Made by a program: the position numbers and the translations under genes
Assembly (NCBI GenBank): GCA_963840455.1
Contig: CAWIYV010000009.1
Span: 128,001-192,000 of the forward strand
Length of the DNA: 64,000 nucleotides
Source: Nitrospirota bacterium
GTDB lineage: Bacteria > Nitrospirota > UBA9217
Reading direction: 5' to 3'
Notes under the pieces: model-generated
What the model was told of the DNA's origin: nothing
Databases searched by the model: none
What the model saw: the letters and a program-made list of their open reading frames with translations, nothing else
Shown: positions 9,134-19,572 of the stretch, piece by piece
Layout: every line of letters begins with the position of its first letter
Numbering within the stretch: position 1 is the stretch's first letter

Positions 9134-11758
9134 ATGATCCTGACCAAGATCCAGGAATCAGCATCGAACTACCCCGACGATATCGCCATCCAGTTCAAGG
9201 ACGGGGACCAATACCGCAAGCACACCTACCGTGAGCTGATCACGACAGTGGCCTCAGTCGCCCGCGCGTTATCCCGCCTCGGCATCGAGAAAGGCGACCG
9301 GGTCGCCGTCCTGTCCGAGAACCGGCCCGAATGGGTATTCTCCTATCTCGCCATCACCTCGCTGGGGGCGGTCGTCGTGCCCCTGGACGCGCAGCTCACG
9401 GACAAGGAGGTCAGCCTCCTGCTGTCCAACTGCGATGCCAAGGCCGTGTGCGTGTCCGCGGCAACGCGGCAGAAACTCCCGCCGGGCAAGGCCGTCACGG
9501 TCATCTCCTATGACGCCGGGGACGGCGCGCTCTTCTCCGACATGATGAAGGCGCACCCGGGAGCGCCGATGCCGGAGGCCCCCTTTGACAGCGATCTTGC
9601 CGCCATCCTATACACATCGGGCACCACCGGCGACCCCAAGGGCGTGATGCTCTCGCACGGGAACCTGGTCGCGAACTGTACCAGCGCGATCAAGCTGAAC
9701 ATCATCTTCAAGACGGACAACCTGCTCTGCCTGCTGCCGCTCCACCACACCTATCCCGCAATGGCCTGCATGCTGCTGACGCTCTCCCTGGGCGGGACCA
9801 TGACGATCCTGAACAGCCTCAAGGGGCCCGACATCATCGCCTGCATGCAGGAGACCGGGGTGAGCGTTCTCGTCGGCGTGCCGCAGCTCCTGACCGCCTT
9901 GCGCCGGGCCATTGTTGACAAGATCGAATCGAGCCCGCTGCTGCTCCGGATCCTGGCGAAGCTGCTGCTCGGCCTGAGCGGCCTCGTCCGGAAGCTGACG
10001 GGCGTGAACATCGGCAAGGCCCTCTTCGGCAAGGTCCACGCCAGGTTCGGTCCCAAGTTCCGGCTCATGGCGAGCGGCGGCGCCCGGCTCGATCCGGACG
10101 TGTACACGGACATGTCGAACCTCGGGTTCCTGGTGATCGAGGCGTACGGGCTTACCGAGACCTCGCCGGCAGCTACGTTCAATCCCGTGGAGAAACAGAA
10201 GGCCGGGTCAATCGGCGTACCCATCCCCGATGTCGAGGTCAGGATCTCGGAGCCCGACGCATCCGGCATGGGAGAGATCGCCATCAAGGGGCCGAACGTC
10301 ATGCTGGGCTACTACAAGAAGCCCGACGCGACCGCCGAGGTCATCCGGGACGGGTGGTTCTACACCGGCGACCTGGGCTATAAGGACAGGGACGGCTACT
10401 TCTTCATCACCGGCAGGTCCAAGGAGATGATCGTCCTGTCCACGGGAAAGAAGATCTTCCCCGACGAGCTCGAGAAGTTCTACAAGCAGCTGCCGTCCAT
10501 CAAGGAGATCTGCATGCTCCAGACGGAACGGGGGCTCGAGGCCGCAGTGGTCCCGGACTTCGAATATCTCAAGAAGATGAACATCGCGAACGCGCGGGAG
10601 ACCATCGCCTTCGAGATCGAGGACCTTGCGAAGGACCTGGCCCCGTACAAACGCATCTCGGGGCTCAAGATCTTCAAGGACTCGCTCCCGGTGACGCGGC
10701 TCGGGAAGCTCAAGCGCACCCTGGTGAAGGACCTGTACCTCAAAGGCGGCGAACGCGCAGAGAAGACGGTGCACAAGGGCGATGAAGGCATTCTCGACAG
10801 CGACGCGGGAAGGAAGGTCGTCGCGTGCCTCGCGGCATTCTCGGTCAAGAAGCACATCGTTCCTGATGACAACCTGGAGATCGACCTGGGACTGGACTCG
10901 CTCTCCCGCGTGGAAATGGTCGTCAGCCTGGAGCAGACCTTCGGCACGGGCCTGCCCGATTCCTTCGGCTCCGAGGTCTTCACGGTCCGGGACGTGGTCG
11001 AGAAGATGCAGCAGGTGATGGCATCGGGCGTGGCGAAGGCCGGCTCGAACGTGAGGCTGTCGTGGGCGGAGATCCTGCAGCAGGAGCCGTCAGAGGAGGC
11101 AAAGGCGCTGGTGCGGACCAAGAGGAACGCGCTCTGCCTCCTGGGCTGGCAGTGCTGCCGGATCACGCTGAAGACGATCTTCGGCGTCCTGGGCGGCGTG
11201 ACCGTACGCGGCACGGAGAACTTGCCGAAGCAGGGGCCTTATTTGATCACGCCGAACCACCTGAGCAACGCCGACGCTTTTCTTCTGACCGCTGCCATGC
11301 CGGCTGCCGTTGGCAGCCAGGCGTTCTATCTCGGGGACACGAAGTTCTTCGGCGGTCCGGTCTCGTCGCGGGTAGCGCAGTACATCCAGGTCATTCCTGT
11401 GGACATGGAGGCGAAGCTCTACAATGCGCTCCAGTTGTCGGCGTACATGCTGCGGCAGGGGAAGGTGCTGTGCGTGTTCCCCGAAGGAAGCCGCACGCGC
11501 GACGGGAACATCAAGGAGTTCAAGAAGGGCGTGGCCATCATCGCGAAAGAGCTGAACGTTCCGATGGTGCCGGCGGCCATCACGGGCACCTACGCCATGA
11601 TGCGGCCGGGCCAGCTCTTTCCCCGGCCCGCGAGGACGACAGTCACCTTCGGAAAGCCGTTCCATCCGGGTGGCATGGCCTACGACGAGATCACGAAGAA
11701 GCTGTACGCGGACGTGGTGGAACTGTTGGATCAGACATCAGGAGCCAGGAGTCAGTAG
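9134..11758 (+). CDS. Long-chain acyl-AMP/CoA ligase - ACP - PlsC-type acyltransferase fusion
   Basis: YTSGTTGDPKG, YGLTE, TGDLG; DLGLDSL phosphopantetheine site; NHLSNAD and FPEGSRT. Confidence 0.9.
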   Translation: MILTKIQESASNYPDDIAIQFKDGDQYRKHTYRELITTVASVARALSRLGIEKGDRVAVLSENRPEWVFSYLAITSLGAVVVPLDAQLTDKEVSLLLSNCDAKAVCVSAATRQKLPPGKAVTVISYDAGDGALFSDMMKAHPGAPMPEAPFDSDLAAILYTSGTTGDPKGVMLSHGNLVANCTSAIKLNIIFKTDNLLCLLPLHHTYPAMACMLLTLSLGGTMTILNSLKGPDIIACMQETGVSVLVGVPQLLTALRRAIVDKIESSPLLLRILAKLLLGLSGLVRKLTGVNIGKALFGKVHARFGPKFRLMASGGARLDPDVYTDMSNLGFLVIEAYGLTETSPAATFNPVEKQKAGSIGVPIPDVEVRISEPDASGMGEIAIKGPNVMLGYYKKPDATAEVIRDGWFYTGDLGYKDRDGYFFITGRSKEMIVLSTGKKIFPDELEKFYKQLPSIKEICMLQTERGLEAAVVPDFEYLKKMNIANARETIAFEIEDLAKDLAPYKRISGLKIFKDSLPVTRLGKLKRTLVKDLYLKGGERAEKTVHKGDEGILDSDAGRKVVACLAAFSVKKHIVPDDNLEIDLGLDSLSRVEMVVSLEQTFGTGLPDSFGSEVFTVRDVVEKMQQVMASGVAKAGSNVRLSWAEILQQEPSEEAKALVRTKRNALCLLGWQCCRITLKTIFGVLGGVTVRGTENLPKQGPYLITPNHLSNADAFLLTAAMPAAVGSQAFYLGDTKFFGGPVSSRVAQYIQVIPVDMEAKLYNALQLSAYMLRQGKVLCVFPEGSRTRDGNIKEFKKGVAIIAKELNVPMVPAAITGTYAMMRPGQLFPRPARTTVTFGKPFHPGGMAYDEITKKLYADVVELLDQTSGARSQ

Positions 11759-11873
11759 CGAGAAGAGATGGGACCGAAAAAATACATTGACGCTGAGGAA
11801 CGCTGAAGCGCCTATGATGAGGCATACATGGATCAACAGCGTCAATCATATCTGCTCATAGTTCTTTCAGCGT

Positions 11874-11990
11874 TGAATCCAGGAGCGAGCGCATTCCCCG
11901 TAGCTTGCTGCAGGGTTAGCGAGCAATTAGGATGACAAAATTACCCTGAGGATCGAAGATTCCCTGCAGCTTGCTGCAGGGAGCTTAAAT
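11874..11990. repeat. Double-hairpin repeat family, full copy
   Basis: TGAATCCAGGAGCGAGCGCATTCCCCGTAGCTTGCTGCAGGG...CCCTGCAGCTTGCTGCAGGGAGCTTAAAT. Confidence 0.9.
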
Positions 11991-12039
11991 GATTTGTTCT
12001 TTTCTGCGACCGTGACTGCTTACGAAGGCGGGTGACATT

Positions 12040-12951
12040 ATGAAACGAGGAATGCATATATTATTGATGCTGGGTATTGCTTTGGCCGTCCTGGCCTCCT
12101 GCCAGACCACCGAGGGCCCGTCGGTCCCGCCGGTCGACCTGGCGCGGCCGAGGGTGGCGCTGGTGCTCGGCGGCGGTGCTGCGCGGGGCTTCGCGCACGT
12201 CGGGGTGATCCGCGCGCTGGAGCAGGAGAAGGTCCCGATCGACCTGATCGTGGGCACCAGCGTCGGCAGCCTCATCGGCGCCATCTATGCCTATGATGCG
12301 AACAGCATGGAGCTTGAATGGACGGCCTTCATGCTGGAGAAGGACAGCCTGTTCGACTACGGGCTGATAACTGCGTTTACGGGCATGGGCGTGGCAAAGG
12401 GTGATAAGCTCGAGGAGTTCGTCAAAAGCAAGGTGCCGGTCGCGAACATCGAAAATCTGAAGATCCCCTTTGCCGCGGTCGCCACAGACCTGAACCGGGG
12501 CACGAGCGTGGTCCTGGACAAGGGCTCGGTTGCGAGGGCGGTGCGGGCAAGCAGCGCCATCCCCGGCGTGTTCAATCCCGTCGAATACCAAGGCCGGCTG
12601 CTCGTCGATGGCGGGGTGATCGACAGCATCCCCGTGTCCGTTGCCCGGGAGAAGGGCGCGGACATCGTGATCGCCGTGGACATCAGCGAGAATGTGGTCA
12701 ACTTCAACATCACGAACATCGTTGACGTCATGCTCCAGTCCATCACGATCATGGGCGCAGTGAATGCGAAGACCAGGAAGAAGGAGGCCGACGTCCTGAT
12801 ATCGCCCAAGGTCGGCGACGTGGGGATGATGGACTTCACCCAGAAGAAGCGGTGCATGCTGGCCGGCATCGAGGCGACGCAGAAGATGATGCCGGAGATC
12901 AAGGCCAAGATCGAGGAATGGGGGAGAAAACGGGCGGTACCATCGAAGTGA
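12040..12951 (+). CDS. Patatin-like phospholipase, lipoprotein
   Basis: LASC lipobox, GGGAARG, GTSVG, DGG. Confidence 0.92.
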   Translation: MKRGMHILLMLGIALAVLASCQTTEGPSVPPVDLARPRVALVLGGGAARGFAHVGVIRALEQEKVPIDLIVGTSVGSLIGAIYAYDANSMELEWTAFMLEKDSLFDYGLITAFTGMGVAKGDKLEEFVKSKVPVANIENLKIPFAAVATDLNRGTSVVLDKGSVARAVRASSAIPGVFNPVEYQGRLLVDGGVIDSIPVSVAREKGADIVIAVDISENVVNFNITNIVDVMLQSITIMGAVNAKTRKKEADVLISPKVGDVGMMDFTQKKRCMLAGIEATQKMMPEIKAKIEEWGRKRAVPSK

Positions 12952-12960
12952 GGCAGTATC

Positions 12961-13377
12961 ATGCATAATCCACCACAGAGACACAGAGGCACAGAGGAAA
13001 CCGTTTATTATCATAAAGAATTGACGGAAAAGCTCATTGCCTGCGCCATTGAGGTTCATCGACATCTTGGGCCAGGTCTGCTGGAGTCTGCTTATGACGA
13101 GTGCTATTGTTATGAGCTGGACAAGAACGGCGTTCCTATTGAGCGCCAGAAAGCACTTCCCCTCATATATAAGGAGATCAAGCTGGATTGTGGATATCGT
13201 ATGGATGTGGTCGCTGATGATAAAGTTGTCGTAGAGCTCAAATGCGTAGAAAGAATATTGCCCATTCATGAAGCACAACTTCTGACCTATCTCAGGTTGT
13301 CTGGCTTAAAGATCGGGCTCCTTATCAATTTTCACGCGGCGACATTGAAGGATGGCATTAAAAGGCTTGCTCTTTGA
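12961..13377 (+). CDS. GxxExxY protein (PD-(D/E)xK nuclease-like)
   Basis: LGPGLLESAY, YRMD..VVELK, AQLLTYL, GLLINF; AT-richer than its flanks. Confidence 0.93.
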   Translation: MHNPPQRHRGTEETVYYHKELTEKLIACAIEVHRHLGPGLLESAYDECYCYELDKNGVPIERQKALPLIYKEIKLDCGYRMDVVADDKVVVELKCVERILPIHEAQLLTYLRLSGLKIGLLINFHAATLKDGIKRLAL

Positions 13378-13464
13378 TCCTATCTTCGCCGTTGTTGTTA
13401 ACGATTAGGAAGCATTCAAGGAATTATGGTTTTGATCTTCTCTGTGTCTCTGTGCCTCTGTGGT
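12972..13464. mobile_element. Candidate GxxExxY cassette bounded by 25-bp inverted repeats
   Basis: ACCACAGAGACACAGAGGCACAGAG (12972-12996) and CTCTGTGTCTCTGTGCCTCTGTGGT (13440-13464), 23/25 complementary. Confidence 0.6.
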
Positions 13465-13488
13465 TAACGGTTCGAAAGGATTTCTTCC

Positions 13489-14341
13489 ATGTTGGATAAG
13501 TTCAAGATCATCCTCGAGATGATCAAGTTCGAGCACACCATCTTCGCGCTGCCCTTTGCCTTCACCGGTGCGCTCCTGGCTCTGGATGGGCTGCCGTCGC
13601 TGGAACAGGTGATCTGGATCATCGCGGCAATGGTCGGGGCGCGCTCGGCGGCCATGGGCTTCAATCGCTGGGCGGACCGGGACATTGATTCCGAGAACCC
13701 GCGGACGAAGACGCGGGCACTGCCCCTGGGGCTGGTGACGCCGGCACAGGTCCTGGCGTTCATCATCGTCTCCTCGGGCCTGCTGGTGCTGGCGGCATAT
13801 ATGCTGAACCCGCTCTCGTTCATGCTCGCTCCCGTGGCGCTGGCCATCGTGTTCTTCTATTCCTATACCAAGCGCTTTACCTTCCTGTCCCATGCGTTCC
13901 TGGGGCTGGCCATATCCGGCGCGCCGATGGGCGCCTGGATCGCCGTGACCGGCAGGTTCGAGTTCCCGGCGCTGGTGCTCGGCGTCGCTGTGTTGTTCTG
14001 GCTCGTGGGCTTCGACATCCTGTATGCGCTCCAGGACCTGGAGTTCGACCAGGAAGGCAGGGCTGCACTCCGTTCCCCAGCGGTTCGGGGTCAGGACCTC
14101 GCTCCTGATCTCCCGCACGGCCCATTTTGTGACCATGCTCTGTCTTTTCTGGGTCTACGTTCTCCTGCCGGTCGGCCTGGTGTATCTCCTCGGTGTTCTT
14201 GTGGCGATGGGGCTGATCATCTACGAGCATTCCCTGGTCAAGGAGAGCGACCTCTCGAAGCTCAACATCGCGTTCTTCAACATGAACGGCTACATCAGCG
14301 TCACGATCTTCATTTTTACCCTGCTTGATGTCCTGTTGTAA
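13489..14341 (+). CDS. UbiA-family polyprenyltransferase (MqnP-like) with an apparent 1-bp insertion at ~14050
   Basis: [36 protein letters not shown]; deleting one C gives [11 protein letters not shown] and joins the 14024-14341 frame. Confidence 0.85.
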
Positions 14342-14392
14342 TATCGGCACGACAGTATTCCCGACCATTTCGAATTCAGCGAGGCGAACAGA

Positions 14393-17050
14393 ATGACACA
14401 CCGAGGACCGGCCGGCGTTCCGCAAACAACCTATCTCAAGGACTACCGTCCGCCGGACTACCGCGTTGAGACGGTGAACCTGCAATTTGATCTTCACGAA
14501 TCAAGGACGACGGTCAAGTCGCTCCTGACCGTGGTGTGCAACCACGACCGGTGCGAGGGGATCCATCCCTTCGTGCTCCAGGGCAGGGACCTGAAGCTTC
14601 TCAACCTGAAGCTGGACGGACAGCCGCTGTCTGAGCATGACTACAAGATCGAGGGAGAGACCCTGTCGATCATTCCGGTGCCCGACCGGTTCGTGCTCGA
14701 GATCGAGACCGAGTGCGACCCCGCTGCGAACACGGAACTGTCGGGCCTGTACCGGTCCGGCAGCATGTTCTGCACGCAGTGCGAGGCAGAGGGATTCCGA
14801 AAGATCACTTACTATCCGGACCGTCCGGACGTCCTGGCGAAGTTCATGACGACAATCGTTGCCGACAAGAAGAAGTATCCCGTGCTCCTGTCCAACGGGA
14901 ACTTGATCGGTTCGGGCGACCTGCAGGACGACAGGCACTTCGCCAAGTGGCACGACCCGTTCCCCAAACCGGCATATCTCTTCGCCCTCGTGGCGGGGGA
15001 CCTGGCGCGCATCGAGGACCGGTTCACCACCCTGTCGGGGAGGGAGGTGACGCTCCATATCTATGTGCAGCACCACAACCGGGACAAGTGCGGCCATGCC
15101 ATGGATTCGCTCAAGAAGGCCATGAAATGGGACGAGGAGACCTATGGCAGGGAATACGACCTTGACCTGTTCATGATCGTGGCGACCGACGACTTCAACA
15201 TGGGCGCCATGGAGAACAAGGGCCTGAACATCTTCAATTCCAAGTATGTCCTGGCGGACGAGAGGACCGCCACGGACAGCGACTTCCAGGGCATCATGGG
15301 CGTCGTGGGCCATGAGTACTTCCACAACTGGTCAGGCGACCGGGTCACGTGCCGCGACTGGTTCCAGCTTTCGCTCAAGGAAGGGTTCACGGTCTTCCGG
15401 GACCAGCAGTTCATGGAGGACATGATGTCGCGGGGCGTGGAGCGCATCGGCGACGCGAACCTCCTGCGCACCCACCAGTTCCGCGAGGACGCCGGGCCGA
15501 TGGCCCACCCGGTGCGGCCCGAATCCTATGTGGAGATCAACAATTTCTACACCATGACGGTGTATAACAAGGGAGCGGAAGTGATCCGCATGATGCGGAC
15601 CCTCCTCGGGCCCGAGGGCTTCCGGAACGGCACGGACCTTTACTTCTCGCGCCACGATGGACAGGCGGTCACGACCGACGATTTCGTGAAAGCCATGGAG
15701 GACGCGACCGGGACAGACTTGGTCCAGTTCCGGCTCTGGTACACCCAGGCGGGCACGCCGGAACTGACCGTGACGCGGCGCTATGATCCGCTGGAGAAGA
15801 CCTACACTATGACGATACGGCAGTCCTGCCCCGCCACTCCCGGACAACCGGTCAAGAAGCCGTTCCATATCCCGGTCGCCGTCGGTCTCCTCGGGAAGGA
15901 CGGGAAGGACGTCCATCTCCACCTGATGGGGGAGAAGCATGCGGCAGCCGGAACACGGGTCCTTCACGTGAGAAGGGAAGAGGAACGTTTCACCTTCATC
16001 AATATGCGTGACGAACCAGTGCCCTCCATCCTGCGCGGGTTTTCTGCCCCGGTAAAGGTGAAGATAGACCTGTCCGACGACGAACGGCTTTTCCTGATGG
16101 CCCACGACAGCGATGAGTTCAACCGCTGGGATGCCGGCCAGCAGCTCGCCGTGAAGCTCCTTCTGGAGCTCGTGGAGGACAATCAGCAGGGCAGACCGCT
16201 CGTGCTGGACAATATGTTCATCGATGCGTTTAAAGAGACGCTGGAGAGCGGGATGGACGACAGGATGTTCCAGGCCTTTGCGCTGGCGCTCCCGTCAGAG
16301 ACCTACCTTGCCGACTTCATGCCGGTCATCGATCCCGAGGCCATCCACGCGGCCAGGAGGTTCGTGCAGCAGACCCTTGCCGCGGTCCTGAAGGACCCGT
16401 TCCTTGCCGTCTATCGAGCGAACGAGGAGCCCGGGTCGTACCGCATCGACCCGCTGGCCATGGGGAAACGGAGCCTCAAGAACACCTGCCTCGGCTACCT
16501 GATGGAGCTGGATGACGATGATGATGTCCTCCGCCTGTGCGTGGACCAGTACCGGACCGGCGGGAACATGACCGATGTGATGGCCGCGCTTGTGAACCTG
16601 GCGAACAGCGACCGTCCGGAGCGGGCCGGGGCCCTCGCCTCGTTCTACGAGACATGGAAGAACGATCCCCTCGTCATGGACAAGTGGCTGGCGATCCAGG
16701 CGACGTCACGTCTGCCGGGCACGCTGGGGACGGTGAAGGCGCTCCTGACGCACCCGGTCTTCACCCTCAGGAACCCGAACAAGGTGCGGGCGCTCATCGG
16801 CGCGTTCGCGTCGAATTCCGTGCGGTTCCACGATCTCTCCGGTGAAGGATATGCGTTCGTCGCCGACCAGGTGCTGGCCATCGACCCGATGAATCCCCAG
16901 ATCGCGGCGCGGCTGGTATCTTCGTTCACTATGTGGAAGCGCTACGAGGAGAAGCGGAAGGCGCTGATGAAAGGCCAGCTGGAGCGGATGCGGAGCGCGC
17001 AGAACCTGTCCAAAGATGTGTTCGAGATCGTTTCAAAAAGCCTGGCGTGA
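14393..17050 (+). CDS. pepN: Aminopeptidase N
   Basis: [34 protein letters not shown]. Confidence 0.97.
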   Translation: MTHRGPAGVPQTTYLKDYRPPDYRVETVNLQFDLHESRTTVKSLLTVVCNHDRCEGIHPFVLQGRDLKLLNLKLDGQPLSEHDYKIEGETLSIIPVPDRFVLEIETECDPAANTELSGLYRSGSMFCTQCEAEGFRKITYYPDRPDVLAKFMTTIVADKKKYPVLLSNGNLIGSGDLQDDRHFAKWHDPFPKPAYLFALVAGDLARIEDRFTTLSGREVTLHIYVQHHNRDKCGHAMDSLKKAMKWDEETYGREYDLDLFMIVATDDFNMGAMENKGLNIFNSKYVLADERTATDSDFQGIMGVVGHEYFHNWSGDRVTCRDWFQLSLKEGFTVFRDQQFMEDMMSRGVERIGDANLLRTHQFREDAGPMAHPVRPESYVEINNFYTMTVYNKGAEVIRMMRTLLGPEGFRNGTDLYFSRHDGQAVTTDDFVKAMEDATGTDLVQFRLWYTQAGTPELTVTRRYDPLEKTYTMTIRQSCPATPGQPVKKPFHIPVAVGLLGKDGKDVHLHLMGEKHAAAGTRVLHVRREEERFTFINMRDEPVPSILRGFSAPVKVKIDLSDDERLFLMAHDSDEFNRWDAGQQLAVKLLLELVEDNQQGRPLVLDNMFIDAFKETLESGMDDRMFQAFALALPSETYLADFMPVIDPEAIHAARRFVQQTLAAVLKDPFLAVYRANEEPGSYRIDPLAMGKRSLKNTCLGYLMELDDDDDVLRLCVDQYRTGGNMTDVMAALVNLANSDRPERAGALASFYETWKNDPLVMDKWLAIQATSRLPGTLGTVKALLTHPVFTLRNPNKVRALIGAFASNSVRFHDLSGEGYAFVADQVLAIDPMNPQIAARLVSSFTMWKRYEEKRKALMKGQLERMRSAQNLSKDVFEIVSKSLA

Positions 17051-17114
17051 TGCTGCACTGCGGTCGAAACGCTCCCTATCGGGCCTCCCAAGATCGAGAA
17101 CATGTCCCGTTTCA

Positions 17115-17194
17115 TGAATCCAGGAGCGGGCGATAAGGATACACATTCTACCCTGAGAATCGAAGATTCCCTTCAGCTTTTTGCAGGGAGCTTC
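17115..17194. repeat. Double-hairpin repeat family copy lacking the first hairpin
   Basis: TGAATCCAGGAGCGGGCGATAAGGAT...TCGAAGATTCCCTTCAGC..TGCAGGGAGCTTC. Confidence 0.8.
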
Positions 17195-17294
17195 GGTTGG
17201 ATCGAACCCGAAACAGTGGTCTTCCGTTATCTTCGTATCTCCCTGCTCTCTTAACAACGATGAGCGTCACGATGGAAGAACACCGCTTCTGAAC

Positions 17295-17810
17295 TCACCG
17301 CTCAGGAACACCACTCGCGTCCTGCCCTGCCTGGACCGTATGCACCAGCGACAGCTCGTCGCTTGAAAAGACCTTGTCGATGTCCAGGACAATGATGAAC
17401 CCGTCGCCCCGTTTTCCCATCCCCTTGATGAACTCCGTGTTCAGGCGCGTCCCGATGCGCGGCGCAGACCGGAGCGCGTCAGCACCGAGCTCGATCACTT
17501 CCTGGACGGAGTCCGCCAGCGCACCCAGGAGCGTTGTCTCGCCGTCCACCTCGATCTCGGTGATGATCACGCAGGTGTTCACCGACTTCTCTGTCATGGT
17601 CATGCCGAACTTGAGCCGAAGGTCCGCCACGGGGACCATGCTTCCCCGAAGGTTAATCACGCCCCGCAGGAATGCCGGCGTCCGAGGCACCTTCGTCACG
17701 GTCGTGAAATCCAGCACCTCGCGGACCTTGGAGATGTCCAGCGCAAACACCTCGTCGCCGAGCCTGAAGGTCAGATACTGCGTCGCGGCCATTACGCCAT
17801 CCGCCACCAT
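17295..17810 (-). CDS. cheW: Chemotaxis coupling protein CheW
   Basis: QYLTFRLGDEVF, GVINLRG, DLRLKFG. Confidence 0.95.
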   Translation of the reverse strand: MVADGVMAATQYLTFRLGDEVFALDISKVREVLDFTTVTKVPRTPAFLRGVINLRGSMVPVADLRLKFGMTMTEKSVNTCVIITEIEVDGETTLLGALADSVQEVIELGADALRSAPRIGTRLNTEFIKGMGKRGDGFIIVLDIDKVFSSDELSLVHTVQAGQDASGVPER

Positions 17811-17825
17811 AGGAACCTCCTGGGC

Positions 17826-17925
17826 GATTTATGATTTTCGATTACGGACTGCCGGATGGACGCATCGGGCATACATTCATTGTTCCTGATTTCAAATCCG
17901 CAATCAGAAACCTGCGGTTCGCAAT
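17826..17925. repeat. Degenerate heptamer-period inverted repeat
   Basis: GATTTATGATTTTCGATTACGGA ... AATCCGCAATCAGAAA..CGCAAT. Confidence 0.45.
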
Positions 17926-17927
17926 TA

Positions 17928-19505
17928 TCAGAACTGCTCGAACTCCCTGTCCCGGTCGTCGCCGTTCCCGCCGGCCTCATGACGACCGATATCAATCTTC
18001 ACGCCTGCCTGCCTCGCCGCGTGATGCGACGGATGCTTCCCGGCAACGGCGACGTGCGCGACCGGGACGGCGGCGGCAGGAGCGGCCAGCTTTCGGGGCG
18101 TCGCGCAGTTCCGCTCTTCGCCGCTGCTCCCGACCCTGAAGAATCCTACGGTTTCCAGGAGCTGGTCCGCCTGGGAGGACAGCTCCTGGGCCGTTGACGC
18201 CATCTCCTCGGCAGCGCCGGCGTTCTGTTGGATCACCTTGTTCAACTGCTGGATCGAGCTGTTGATCTGGTCCGCGCCCGATGCCTGTTCCTTGCTCGAT
18301 GCGCTGATCTCCTGCACCAGCTCCGCCGTCTTCTGGATGTCCGGCACGAGCTTGGTCAGCATGGATCCGGCTCGCTCCGCGACACCGACGCTCGAGTTGG
18401 ACAGCCGGCTGATCTCCGCCGCAGCCACCTGGCTCCGTTCCGCGAGCTTCCGGACCTCGGCCGCTACCACGGCGAACCCTTTGCCGTGCTCGCCGGCCCG
18501 GGCCGCCTCGATCGCCGCGTTCAGCGCCAGGAGGTTCGTCTGGCGGGCGATCTCCTCGATGATCGATATTTTCCCCGCAATGTCCTTCATGGCGCTCACG
18601 GCCTCGGACACGGCCTGCCCGCTCACCAGGGCGTCGTCGGCGCTCCTCTGGGCGATCTTTTCGGTGGCGATGGCGTTGTCGGCGTTCTGCCTGATCGTGG
18701 CATGCATCTCCTCAATGGATGCCGATGCCTCCTCGGCCGACGCGGCCTGCTCCGTCGTGCCCTGGGACATCTGTTCTGACCCGGCAGAGAGCTGGCGGCT
18801 GCCGGACGCCACATTGTCCGCAGAGGTCTTGACACCCACGACGACGTCCTTGAGCTTCAGGACCATGGCCTTGATTGAGTTGAACAGCATGCCGATCTCG
18901 TCTCCCGATTCCGCCTCGACGGCCTGGGTCAGATCGCCGGTCGCGACCTGCTCGACGATGGCGTTCAAGCGGCCGATGGGCCGGACCGCCAGAAGGAGGA
19001 AGAGGACGTAGACGACGAGGGAGATCAGCAGGAAAGTGGCGATGGCAAGTGCGAAGAGTATGGCCTGTGACTGCCGGAGCGCATCCTTTATGTGAGCGGT
19101 GGAGTAGCCGATCGTGACCGACCCGATCTGCTCGCTCTGCTGCATGATGGGGCTGGTGAATTCCATGAGGTCCACCGTGTTCGTTCCCTCTTTCTTCCTC
19201 CTGGTCAGTTCTTTTCCGTCCTTGTCCTGGATGACCGCGTAAATGATGTCCTCATCGCCTGAGGAGACGTACTGCGCGTGGTTTTCGAGATAGGAAAAAT
19301 TGAAGCTCAAGATCGGCTCTGCGGAGATCGCGGCCAGGATCCTCGCAACATTTTCCCCTTTCCCCCTCAGCTCGTCAACGAGCACGCGTTTTTCGTGCAG
19401 GTTGATGGCCAGGCCGAGGGCGGCAAAGACCAGGGCAAGTGCCAGCAGAATGCTGACCAGGAACTTTCTGGTCAGCGTCCAGTGCTTTATGCCGTTCTGT
19501 ATCAT
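17928..19505 (-). CDS. Methyl-accepting chemotaxis protein (2 TM, short periplasmic domain, HAMP)
   Basis: [30 protein letters not shown]; C-terminal EFEQF pentapeptide-like tail. Confidence 0.95.
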   Translation of the reverse strand: MIQNGIKHWTLTRKFLVSILLALALVFAALGLAINLHEKRVLVDELRGKGENVARILAAISAEPILSFNFSYLENHAQYVSSGDEDIIYAVIQDKDGKELTRRKKEGTNTVDLMEFTSPIMQQSEQIGSVTIGYSTAHIKDALRQSQAILFALAIATFLLISLVVYVLFLLLAVRPIGRLNAIVEQVATGDLTQAVEAESGDEIGMLFNSIKAMVLKLKDVVVGVKTSADNVASGSRQLSAGSEQMSQGTTEQAASAEEASASIEEMHATIRQNADNAIATEKIAQRSADDALVSGQAVSEAVSAMKDIAGKISIIEEIARQTNLLALNAAIEAARAGEHGKGFAVVAAEVRKLAERSQVAAAEISRLSNSSVGVAERAGSMLTKLVPDIQKTAELVQEISASSKEQASGADQINSSIQQLNKVIQQNAGAAEEMASTAQELSSQADQLLETVGFFRVGSSGEERNCATPRKLAAPAAAVPVAHVAVAGKHPSHHAARQAGVKIDIGRHEAGGNGDDRDREFEQF

Positions 19506-19572
19506 GGCTCCATCTCCTCATCCTCCTCATCCGTTTCCGTCAGGATATGCCGGCAGCGGGGCAGCTTCCGTG

